Origin: an uncultured bacterium
GTDB taxonomy: Bacteria; Armatimonadota; Abditibacteriia; Abditibacteriales; Abditibacteriaceae
DNA: 64,000 nt
Assembly (NCBI GenBank): GCA_963843795.1
Contig: CAWJLW010000006.1
Location: forward strand, 744,001 to 808,000
Reading direction: 5' to 3'
Shown here piece after piece: positions 50,341 through 59,233 of this stretch (positions are counted from its first letter, which is position 1; every line of letters starts with the position of its first letter). The notes beneath the pieces were generated by a model that was given only the letters and a program-made list of their open reading frames with translations, was not told where the DNA came from and did no database searches. The position numbers and the translations under genes are program-made.

Positions 50341-52326
50341 ATGGAAATCACACAATCGTACGCGAAACCCTCAAGCGCCGCGCCCCGTGGTGAAGGCACG
50401 AACTTTTCGCTTTCAATTCAATCCGAGCGTCCGCCGGTTGCGCTGCAAGCGCTGGTTCTGGATAGCTTGAGTTACGCGCGCGCTATGCTTGCTTTGCACG
50501 AAGTTGTGTCAGGCGATTTGCGCTTCAAGGAAAAAGATCACAGCGCGTATCAAACTTGGGTGCAAGGCCAATATCTTCAAGAACTCGACGCCGTCGCGGG
50601 CGCGCGTTTACGCGCTTTGCCGGGCCAGCACGAGCAATTACAGCGCGTGCGTGAGGCGATGGCACCGCTGCAGAAGCGCGAGCGCGAATTGTATCGCGAC
50701 TATGATGGCGGCGATATGCGGAAAGCCAAAACGCGCTATTGGAAGTACTTGTATACGCACAATAAGGCGTTGTGGTGGCTGCTCGATCCTGTGGTTTCCG
50801 TGCATCCCGATAGCGTGATTTTTGAAGTGTTTTCACAAGATGAATCGAGTTATGGCCGCGTAACCGTTCCGATGGAAAAATTGGATACCATTGGCGAAAC
50901 CGTGTTCGGGACGACGAATGTCGATTTTTCGCAGCGTTTGGCCGATGAATTCAAGCGCGTGCGCAATTATCGTCCGGCGTTTCTGGAAATCGGCGGTGGT
51001 GGCGTCGCGGTTTCGACTTCAGCGGGCACGCAATTCGAGAAAAAAATTGACTTGCCTCCTTCGTGGGTGCGCGGCTTTTTGCAAGTGCAAAGCGCATCAA
51101 GTTTGCCAGGCGAAACCGTGATTTTATCATCAGCAACTGTTAGCGAATTGTTGCTGGTAATGCGTCAACGACGCGAAAAAGGTGGACCGCGCTCGCTGCG
51201 CTTCAAACTGTCACCAAATCAAAAGCCGATCATCGAAATCGAACCGTGGAACATCGAAATTTCAGAGCCGACGCAAATCTGGCAGGGCAGTGGGGCGCAG
51301 GAAATTCGTATCTGGGGCCGTCGTCGTTTGTTCGTTTTAGAATCGCTATTGGCGCACGCACAAACCGTGCAAATCAAGCTCTTGGGTAGCGGAATGCCTT
51401 CCTACTGGAGTGTCGAGCAGGGTGAAGGAGGTCATCGTTTTGAGCTAGGTTTGAGCGGTTGGACAAAAAATGATTGGTCGGGCGCAGCGCGTTTTGACTT
51501 GTTGGCTTCGACGCAAGAAGTGACTGAAGGCGACGTCGAACTAGCTGCCACTCAGTTACAGAATGAATTGAAAATTACGCCCGCCGAACTCGCTCAACGC
51601 AGTGATTTATCACAAAGCAGCGCGACCGGTGCGCTTCAAGAGTTGTGCAAGCAAGGACGCGCGATGTACGATGCGACGCAGGGCGCGTATCGCTGGCGTC
51701 AATTGTTGCCATTTCCAGCGCCCCAAAGCGAAGAAGATAGCCGTCTGGCTGCAGCCAGACGCTACGTACAGCAGAGCGCGGTGAAATGCAAAGAGATCAC
51801 CAATTCGGATGGTTTAAGCGAGTTTTTAGAGCATCAGCTTCAAGACGGCGCGCGCTTGTTCGAGGCGAGCGTAAAAACGACCGGTGGCACGTTCTCGCCG
51901 ACCATCGGTTTGGACGCCGATGGTCGTGCGCGTTTCGCGCAATGTACCTGCGGCGAATTCCGGCGCGATAAGCTGCGTAAAGGCCCGTGCGCGCATATTC
52001 TGGCGGCGTGCGTTATCGCGGCGCAAATGCAAAGCGCTAGCGCGCAGCCAGTCGACCGTTTCAAAGGCCAGACATGGGTTTTTACGGGCGCTTTAAGCTT
52101 GTTCACGCGTGAGCAGGCCGAAAAGCTCATTACCGATGGTGGCGGCAAAGCTAGCGGCAGCGTATCGAAAAATACAACGTATCTGGTAGTCGGTGAACGC
52201 GCTGGCTCGAAATTGGACAAAGCCAAAGACTTGGGTGTGCCAGTAATAACCGAAGCACAATTCGGGCAAGTCCTTGCGGGCAAAGATGTAGCAGCGGTGG
52301 TGCAATCGAGCGAGGCGAAAGCATGA
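50341..52326 (+). CDS. SWIM zinc-finger protein with a C-terminal BRCT domain; retron-associated
   Basis: CTCGEFRRDKLRKGPCAH matches SWIM CxCx(n)CxH. FKGQTWVFTGAL...REQAEKLI..GGKASGSVSKNTTYLVVGERAGSKLDKAKDLGVPVITE resembles a LigA-type BRCT domain. Confidence 0.88.
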   Translation: MEITQSYAKPSSAAPRGEGTNFSLSIQSERPPVALQALVLDSLSYARAMLALHEVVSGDLRFKEKDHSAYQTWVQGQYLQELDAVAGARLRALPGQHEQLQRVREAMAPLQKRERELYRDYDGGDMRKAKTRYWKYLYTHNKALWWLLDPVVSVHPDSVIFEVFSQDESSYGRVTVPMEKLDTIGETVFGTTNVDFSQRLADEFKRVRNYRPAFLEIGGGGVAVSTSAGTQFEKKIDLPPSWVRGFLQVQSASSLPGETVILSSATVSELLLVMRQRREKGGPRSLRFKLSPNQKPIIEIEPWNIEISEPTQIWQGSGAQEIRIWGRRRLFVLESLLAHAQTVQIKLLGSGMPSYWSVEQGEGGHRFELGLSGWTKNDWSGAARFDLLASTQEVTEGDVELAATQLQNELKITPAELAQRSDLSQSSATGALQELCKQGRAMYDATQGAYRWRQLLPFPAPQSEEDSRLAAARRYVQQSAVKCKEITNSDGLSEFLEHQLQDGARLFEASVKTTGGTFSPTIGLDADGRARFAQCTCGEFRRDKLRKGPCAHILAACVIAAQMQSASAQPVDRFKGQTWVFTGALSLFTREQAEKLITDGGGKASGSVSKNTTYLVVGERAGSKLDKAKDLGVPVITEAQFGQVLAGKDVAAVVQSSEAKA

Positions 52327-53765
52327 GCGACGAGCAAAAGACCAAGGGCAAGGAAGAATGGCGCACTCGCTACCAACAGTTGGGCAAACGCGCTTTTGAA
52401 CTGGAAGAAATGGAACGGTTGGGCTTCTGGCCGCCCGACGAGGAAACGCAACAGCGAACCGAAGCCGTGCGCCGCGAACTGCGCGAAGTTCAAAACAAAT
52501 TGGCTCCGCTGCGGAAAGAACAGCACGAACTGGAAAAAGCGATTTCCGAGAGCAGCGACATTGCCGCGTTGCTGGCCGAAGTGCGCTCGCGGCGCATCGA
52601 GCGTGTGAAAGCCGAACGCGCGATTCGCAAAATGCGTCGCACCGAAAAAGCTGAACAAAAAGCCGAAGCTGACCGAAAATGGCGTGAGAAAAATTTGCCG
52701 CATCTGGGCCGCGATGTTTCACAGGGCTTGCAATATGAAGGCGGTTCGGATGACAAGCTGCAAGTACTTGCGCTGCCACTTTTGCACTCAGCGGAAGAAA
52801 TCGCGGCTGCGATGGAAATCGAAACCCAGAATCTGGCGTGGTTGTGCTATCATCGTGGTGCGTCGAAAGTCGATCATTACGTACATTTTTCAATTCCCAA
52901 GAAAAGCGGTGGGCTGCGTTCGATTTCCAGCCCCAAAGCGCAAATGCGTGATGCGCAAAGCTGGATTTTGGAAAATATTCTGCAATCGGTGCCGATTCAC
53001 TCCGCCGCCTTTGCGTTTCGCAGGGGAATTAGCATCGCCGACAACGCGCGCTTCCACGCCAGATGCGCGGTCGTTGTGCGTATCGACTTAAAAGATTTTT
53101 TCCCTTCTATTACTTTTGGGCGCGTGAAAAATGCGTTTGTGGGTTTGGGTTACAACGAAGGAGTGGCCTCGATTTTCGCACTCATCTGTACCGAAGCGCC
53201 GCGGTTGGCATTGCGCTTGGATAGACAGATTCACCACGTGGCTTTGAGCGAGCGTTTTCTGCCGCAAGGCGCGTGCACCAGTCCCGTGTTGACCAACATT
53301 TTGTGTCGCCATCTGGATGCACGCATGACTGGCGCGGCACAAAAATTAGGCTTCACTTATTCGCGTTATGCAGACGACTTAGTGTTCTCCAGTGATAATG
53401 AGCGCGCCAATATCGTGGGTTTGCAGAAGTTGGCATCGCTCATTGTCGAGCAGGAGAATCTGCAAATCAACGCTGCCAAAACTTCCATTATGCGCCCGCA
53501 TTGCCGCCAGAGTGTGACTGGGTTGGTTGTGAACCGGGCCGATGGCGTCAACGAAATTCGCGTTTCGCGACGCGACTTGCGGAAGTTTCGCGCTTTTTTG
53601 CATCGCTACGAAACGTTGGGCTGCGAAGTGTTGAGCAATCAAATCGGTCAAGACGCTCTCAGTTATGCGCGCGGCTATTTATCCTTCATTCACATGGTCA
53701 ACGCAAGTCAAGCCGCACAAATTCGCTCTGCACATTCATGGCTGGAATCGCCAGAAAGTACTTGA
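52323..53765 (+). CDS. Retron-type reverse transcriptase with a long charged N-terminal extension
   Basis: IPKKSGGLRSI, NARFH (region X), DLKDFFPSI, LPQGACTSP, YSRYADDL, QSVTGLVVN (region Y); ATGA overlap with the upstream gene. Confidence 0.93.
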   Translation: MSDEQKTKGKEEWRTRYQQLGKRAFELEEMERLGFWPPDEETQQRTEAVRRELREVQNKLAPLRKEQHELEKAISESSDIAALLAEVRSRRIERVKAERAIRKMRRTEKAEQKAEADRKWREKNLPHLGRDVSQGLQYEGGSDDKLQVLALPLLHSAEEIAAAMEIETQNLAWLCYHRGASKVDHYVHFSIPKKSGGLRSISSPKAQMRDAQSWILENILQSVPIHSAAFAFRRGISIADNARFHARCAVVVRIDLKDFFPSITFGRVKNAFVGLGYNEGVASIFALICTEAPRLALRLDRQIHHVALSERFLPQGACTSPVLTNILCRHLDARMTGAAQKLGFTYSRYADDLVFSSDNERANIVGLQKLASLIVEQENLQINAAKTSIMRPHCRQSVTGLVVNRADGVNEIRVSRRDLRKFRAFLHRYETLGCEVLSNQIGQDALSYARGYLSFIHMVNASQAAQIRSAHSWLESPEST

Positions 53766-53975
53766 CAAATTAACTTTCTTGCATCAAATTTATTTCTTAC
53801 AATTACTTGCAGCGAACTTTGTTCTTGTCGCACCGGCAAATCATATGTTGTCTGGAAAATGGCTCAATCGGGCCCAGTTTGCAATTCCTCAACAGGAGCA
53901 GATTTAAATAATATTGAAAGGTTATGTCCAGAATGAAATAAAAGTGCCCTGCAAGTACTTGCAGGGTTTTTGATT

Positions 53976-54986
53976 TCATTTTTCTGCCATTTCCTTCCAG
54001 CGCTCATCGGCGAAGCGCAGGGAATCGTGATAATGTTGAGTCAGAAATTCCCATGTGTGGTCGCCGGGAAAGATGTGCGCTTCGAAGTCGATATGGCGCG
54101 CTTGCAGTTCGGCTTCCATTTTTTTGAATTCGTCCAGCAAATCGTCGTCGGCACCAACATCCATATACAAATGCAGTCGCGTGCCAGTTGGCAAGGCGCG
54201 CACCAAGCGTAGAGGGCTGTTCTGCTGCCACAGCGGGCCGGGCGAGCCGAGAAAACGCGTCATGGCTTTGGGGTCGTCATTGGGATCGAAGAAGCCCGAA
54301 TGGGAAGCCATCACCGTCCACACCTTGGGATGTTTGAGGCCCAAGTTTGCCGCGCCGTAACCGCCTGCCGAAAAGCCAATTAGCGCGCGCGATTGGGCGT
54401 CAGCACGGGTGCGAAAATGGGCGTCGATCCACGGCACCAGTTCTTGCACCGTGAAATCTTCCATCGCAATGCCATCGCGCCGATTTAGATAATACGTGGT
54501 GTCCTCGACGCCTTTTGGCCCTGTCCCGTCCCATCCGACTAAAATTAGTGATGCGATTTGCCCGCTTGTAATCAGCTTTTCGGCCACGCGATGCACGCGC
54601 GCATTGACAAAGCAATCGCGCACGCCGCCCGGCGCGCCGTGCAAGATATAAGCGACCGGATAACGAGCGTTGGTTTGCTCTTGATAATTTGGCGGCAAAT
54701 AGACCCACACGTTCGATTTGCGCTTCAAGCGCGAGCTATATGGCATCGAAAGGCGCAGCAGTTGGCCACGCAAGCCCGCGACCAGAGCGATATCTTGCTT
54801 TTTGAGCAGCGCCAAATGTTTGGCCTTATCCGCTGACAGCGTGGCCGTCGGTTTCGCTGTCGCTTGAGGTTTGGTTGCAATTGTCTTCGGCGGTGCGGCG
54901 GTGGAAGCGTTTTGGGGTGCGCAGGACAGTTGGGGCAGCACGGTGGCCAAGGCAAATATGCAGCTAATGGAAAGGTTGAATTTCAT
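53976..54986 (-). CDS. Alpha/beta-hydrolase esterase, probable lipoprotein
   Basis: Signal peptide with LSC; VYLPPNY, LHG, GFSAGG nucleophile elbow, GDHTW. Confidence 0.88.
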   Translation of the reverse strand: MKFNLSISCIFALATVLPQLSCAPQNASTAAPPKTIATKPQATAKPTATLSADKAKHLALLKKQDIALVAGLRGQLLRLSMPYSSRLKRKSNVWVYLPPNYQEQTNARYPVAYILHGAPGGVRDCFVNARVHRVAEKLITSGQIASLILVGWDGTGPKGVEDTTYYLNRRDGIAMEDFTVQELVPWIDAHFRTRADAQSRALIGFSAGGYGAANLGLKHPKVWTVMASHSGFFDPNDDPKAMTRFLGSPGPLWQQNSPLRLVRALPTGTRLHLYMDVGADDDLLDEFKKMEAELQARHIDFEAHIFPGDHTWEFLTQHYHDSLRFADERWKEMAEK

Positions 54987-55054
54987 GAAAAAGGCCTGTC
55001 GGAATCTGTGAATTTTTACAGGCACGATTACGATTGGGTTGCGTCGTGCGCGCT

Positions 55055-55987
55055 ATGAGGATTAGAAAACAAAAAGGTCGAAAAGCCTGCGGTTTTTCGC
55101 GGCTTGCATGGTCGCTGGGCATAATGGTGCCCGGGGCTCCGGCATTGGCAGATGCCATAAGCGCACCTGACGTTCCGGTTTTGCGTGGGCGGCTGGTTTT
55201 GAAGTCGATGCCGCTTTCGCCCATCGTCAATCGCAAAATCACGACGTGGGTTTATCTACCGCCTGGCTACGACACTGCGACCAAACGTTATCCGGTGATG
55301 TATCTGCTGCACGGACAGCCCGGCGGTTGGACGGATTGCTACCAGTCAGGGCGTGTTGAAGAAATGGCCGATAATCTTATTAGCGCTGGCAAAATGCCGC
55401 CCGTGATTCTGGTTGCTTTCGATGGCGACGGGCCAAATGGCGTTAAAGACCTCACCAACTTTTGCAATCGCATCGATGGTTATCGCACCGAAGATTTCGT
55501 TGTGCAGGAACTGGTGCCTTATATCGATGCCACTTATCGCACCCTGCCCAACGCCGCTAAGCGCGCGCTGTGGGGCTATTCTTCGGGTGGTTACGGCGCT
55601 CTTAATCTGGGCATCAAGCATCCCGCTCTATGGAGCGTCATTTGTTCGCACGCCGGTTTTTATCAGCCCTCCGATGATGGCAGAGTGATGAACAAAATTC
55701 TTGGCCCACCCGGCTCGAATTGGGACGCCAACAGCACGCTCGTCAATGTCCAAAATTTGCCCGAAAATGCGCCACTGCATTTCTACCTGAATGCCAGTCC
55801 CAACGAAGACAGTTACGAGGGTTTTCAACAATTGGTGGCACAGCTCAAGGCGCGCCATATTGATGTCGAAACCAAAGTGCTGAAAAAGGCCCATGCTTGG
55901 CGCTTGATCGTCGAAAATTGCCGCGAATCGTTGCTTTTTGCCGGCCAATGTTTCAATAATACCGCCGCGTCAGAAAAAGCGCGCTGA
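55055..55987 (+). CDS. Alpha/beta-hydrolase esterase, probably exported
   Basis: Signal-like N-terminus (ALA-D); VYLPPGY, LHG, GYSSGG, AHAW. Confidence 0.88.
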   Translation: MRIRKQKGRKACGFSRLAWSLGIMVPGAPALADAISAPDVPVLRGRLVLKSMPLSPIVNRKITTWVYLPPGYDTATKRYPVMYLLHGQPGGWTDCYQSGRVEEMADNLISAGKMPPVILVAFDGDGPNGVKDLTNFCNRIDGYRTEDFVVQELVPYIDATYRTLPNAAKRALWGYSSGGYGALNLGIKHPALWSVICSHAGFYQPSDDGRVMNKILGPPGSNWDANSTLVNVQNLPENAPLHFYLNASPNEDSYEGFQQLVAQLKARHIDVETKVLKKAHAWRLIVENCRESLLFAGQCFNNTAASEKAR

Positions 55988-55989
55988 AA

Positions 55990-57417
55990 TCAGCGCATCT
56001 GCGGCACGCCCATTTTGTCGAATCGCGCGTCAATGAACCGAAGCGAATCGTAGAAGTGAGTGCTCCAATATTCCCAAGTGTGGCGGCCCGGAAAAACATG
56101 ACATTCGTGGTCCATGTTTTTACTTTGCAACTGCGCGCAAAACTGCGAAAATTCAGCGCTCAACTGGTCGCTCTGTCCGATATCGGCATACACATGCAGG
56201 TTTTGCGCGGGCGAGATTTGCGCAACGGTTTTTAGCGGATTATTGGCGACCCACAGCAGCCCTTTGGGGCCAAGAATGTCGGTCATGTTATCGGCATCAT
56301 CGGCAGGATCGAAAAAACCGGTGTGTGAAGCGCCGATTTTCCACACTTCGGGATGTTTAAACATCAGATTCACTGCCGCGTAACCGCCCGCTGAAACGCC
56401 GCACAGCGCGCGCGCTTCGGGTCGCGCGATGGTGCGATAAGTGCGGTCGATATAAGGAACCAGTTCTTTCACCATGAAACTTTCCATCGGCCAACTGCCA
56501 TCAGCGCGGTCGAGAAAATTAGTGATGTCGTTCGGCCCGTTGGGGCCTTGTCCGTCCCATCCGACCAAAATCATCGGCTTGATTTTGCGCCCTAGAATCA
56601 ATTCTTCGGCGGCGTTGTGAATCTGCCCTTTGACAAAGCAATCGCGCACTTCGCCTGGCATTCCGTGCATCACGTAAACCACCGGATAACGCACGCTCAA
56701 GCGGTTGTAGCCCGGTGGTAAATAAACCCATGTGGTGATTTTGCGCTTTAATAAGGGGCTGAGCGGCATTGATTTAGGAACCAGCTTACCCGACAATTTT
56801 TCATCCAAAACCGCCGCTTCCTGTCGCGCGTGGAACCAGCGCAAATACGAAGGCCACGCCGCGCGCCCAACTGCAAACAGCACAATCGCCGCCCCCAGTC
56901 TGGCAAGTACTTGCGTGCGTCTGAGCGCCCGCTGTTGCGGCGATAACGGCGCGATTTCGACCAGCTCCCTCACGCGCAGATCGTTTTGTAAAATTGCCCA
57001 GCGTTGCCTGGCACTGATGATCCAAATTGTCAGCAAAAGAACGGCGTAAGCCGCAGTCGTTTGTTTGCTCGCGACTGATAAATCATCGCTCAGCATGAAC
57101 AGCGGCAACAGGCCCAAAATCACGCGCGGCGCGGCCAGCCACAACGTGGCGCGCGATAAGCGCGGCACCATCAGGCATAAAGCGAGCGCGATTTCCCAAC
57201 TCGCCAATAATATTCGATTGCTGTGTGGCGTCAAGCGTCCGACCGAGAGAATGCTCAGCACGCGCGAAGCGTAATCGAGCGCTGTGTTGGGCGCGCCGTG
57301 CCAGTGTGCCAGCGCGCTCCACGCCAGAATGGCAGCGATTAAGACTGCAAGTACTTGCAGACCGTGCTGCGCCATCCATCCCAAAGAACGCGCTGCTACA
57401 CGTCGAGGTTGAATCAC
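55990..57417 (-). CDS. Membrane-anchored alpha/beta-hydrolase esterase
   Basis: GTG start overlapping the upstream stop, with a GGAGG SD; N-terminal TM segments; VYLPPGY, GVSAGG, GRHTW. Confidence 0.85.
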   Translation of the reverse strand: MIQPRRVAARSLGWMAQHGLQVLAVLIAAILAWSALAHWHGAPNTALDYASRVLSILSVGRLTPHSNRILLASWEIALALCLMVPRLSRATLWLAAPRVILGLLPLFMLSDDLSVASKQTTAAYAVLLLTIWIISARQRWAILQNDLRVRELVEIAPLSPQQRALRRTQVLARLGAAIVLFAVGRAAWPSYLRWFHARQEAAVLDEKLSGKLVPKSMPLSPLLKRKITTWVYLPPGYNRLSVRYPVVYVMHGMPGEVRDCFVKGQIHNAAEELILGRKIKPMILVGWDGQGPNGPNDITNFLDRADGSWPMESFMVKELVPYIDRTYRTIARPEARALCGVSAGGYAAVNLMFKHPEVWKIGASHTGFFDPADDADNMTDILGPKGLLWVANNPLKTVAQISPAQNLHVYADIGQSDQLSAEFSQFCAQLQSKNMDHECHVFPGRHTWEYWSTHFYDSLRFIDARFDKMGVPQMR

Positions 57418-59231
57418 GTGGCCTCCACTTGGGGCGCGTCGTGGGGCGCGCCCGATTTGGCTTGCGCTCCGGGTTCGTCGTGTTCGCCCCGCAGGTGCTT
57501 CAGGAAGTCCCACCACGAATCTTGCCCCGAATCGGCGCGAATAATCGCGGCGGCGATAGCGGGCAAACCGGCTTTGCCGGCGTAAGCCAGGTAAATCGGT
57601 CGCCATTCGGGATGAAATTTTTCTTTGAACGAATGCAAACCTTTGAAATTGTAAAACTGATTGATGTGTTCATAGATAAAGTGCAGCGCCTTTTCCGCTG
57701 CGGGATCGTGGGCTTCTTCTCCCACCATGGCAAACGGGCTGGGGCCTAAATTGAACGTATCGAAACCTTCGCTTTTGGCCCACTCGAACAGCGATACGAA
57801 CAATAATTCCATGGTGCCCTTGGCGGTTTCGGGGCGGCGGCGCATTAAATCGACGGTGATTTCATTGAGATTGTAGCAACTGACAATGTTGGCAAAAGCC
57901 GTGATACTGCCGCTTTCGTCGGAAATTGCCATCACGGGGCCGTTGCGAATATATTCGTCGTCGAACCAACCCAGCGAAAACTGCTTTTCGCTGCCGTGCA
58001 TCATCGCCAGCCACTCGTCGGAAACTGCGCGCAATTCTTCCAGCAGAGCACTTGAAAGCGGCGGCGCGTGGTATTTCGCTTGATGTCCGGCTTTGGTGAT
58101 CTGGTTGGTCACGTTGCGCAGGCTCTTGCCTTCTTTACCAGCCAGCGAAAATTCCTGCACGTTCACTACGGCTTCGTGCGCGATGCGCAAAACTTCCAAG
58201 CCCGCAGCGCGATAATCGTCCAAAAGTTCGTCGTAAACTTCATAAAACGCGGGACGCCAATCGTTTTGCGCGCAGAAACCGACGAAGCCTGCAATGGCGG
58301 CGCGCGCGTCTTCGCGTGGGCCAATTGGTTCGCCCAATGCGACGGCAATGCGCCCGACTAAGGCATAGGAAATCAGCGAGCCGCCGGGCGAAAACCAGTA
58401 AATTTTATCGTCAAACAAGGCGCAAAACGCCAACGCTGTGCGCCCGTGCGCCTGCACGATTTGCCTCACGCGCTGGCGTTCTTCGTCAGCAGCGTTGGCG
58501 CGCAACATCACGGGACGCGCCAGCATCAGCAGCGCGTAGCCGAAAGTCGCGGCGGCCACGATGTAAATCGAATCGGCGAAGTAGCGTCCGAAGCCGGTGA
58601 TAGGTTCCAAGCCTGGGTTGGCAAATTCGGTAAACATGGCCAGCGTTTGTTGAAGCGCCGCGCTGAGGTTGAAGTTCACCTGAAAATGTCGATCCAGCAG
58701 ATAAAAACCGACCGTGCCGTAAGCCAGTGTGAAGGCAAAAGCCAGTGCAAGTACTTGCAGGCCGCGCTGCACCGAAGGTGCGTCCGAGCGCGCGTGAAAC
58801 TGCGCGCGCGCCAGCCACAGCCAAACCGCCAGCGCTAACGCACAAATCGCTTCTTCGTAATCTAAACCTTTGAGCAGATGCCCCAGTGCAGAGATGAGAA
58901 GCGCGACCAGCGTCAAAGCCCACGCGACTTGCTTGCGACGCCACAGGCTTTGCGCCAGCAGCAGTAGGGCGAAGCCAGCCAGAACCGTTGTGAGATGACC
59001 ACTGCGCCTCGCATCAAAGGGCAACGCATCCCAAAGTACTTGTACGCGCGCGGGTAAGCTGGGCGTTGCAGCCGACCACACATTCATCAACCCCATCAGC
59101 GCCGTCAAAATTGCTGGCACGCGCACGGCCCACAGCGCGCGCCGATGATTAACTGGCGCGGGTGAAACCGCTTGTGGCGGCGCGAAGTTAGCTTCAAAAA
59201 AATTGGCTTCAGAAGATTGAGTGTCTTGCAT
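57414..59231 (-). CDS. Aminoacyl-phosphatidylglycerol synthase (MprF synthase domain, DUF2156) with TM segments
   Basis: HLLKGLDYEEA, ALGEPIG, EKQFSLG, VDLMRR, YNFKGLHSFKEKFHPEW. Confidence 0.9.
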   Translation of the reverse strand: MQDTQSSEANFFEANFAPPQAVSPAPVNHRRALWAVRVPAILTALMGLMNVWSAATPSLPARVQVLWDALPFDARRSGHLTTVLAGFALLLLAQSLWRRKQVAWALTLVALLISALGHLLKGLDYEEAICALALAVWLWLARAQFHARSDAPSVQRGLQVLALAFAFTLAYGTVGFYLLDRHFQVNFNLSAALQQTLAMFTEFANPGLEPITGFGRYFADSIYIVAAATFGYALLMLARPVMLRANAADEERQRVRQIVQAHGRTALAFCALFDDKIYWFSPGGSLISYALVGRIAVALGEPIGPREDARAAIAGFVGFCAQNDWRPAFYEVYDELLDDYRAAGLEVLRIAHEAVVNVQEFSLAGKEGKSLRNVTNQITKAGHQAKYHAPPLSSALLEELRAVSDEWLAMMHGSEKQFSLGWFDDEYIRNGPVMAISDESGSITAFANIVSCYNLNEITVDLMRRRPETAKGTMELLFVSLFEWAKSEGFDTFNLGPSPFAMVGEEAHDPAAEKALHFIYEHINQFYNFKGLHSFKEKFHPEWRPIYLAYAGKAGLPAIAAAIIRADSGQDSWWDFLKHLRGEHDEPGAQAKSGAPHDAPQVEAT

Positions 59232-59233
59232 AA

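Noticed and set aside
52323..53765. RT as a group II intron, DGR or CRISPR-associated RT
   Set aside because: No maturase or endonuclease domain, intron domain V, template/variable repeat pair or cas1 is seen, and the retron X and Y motifs are present.
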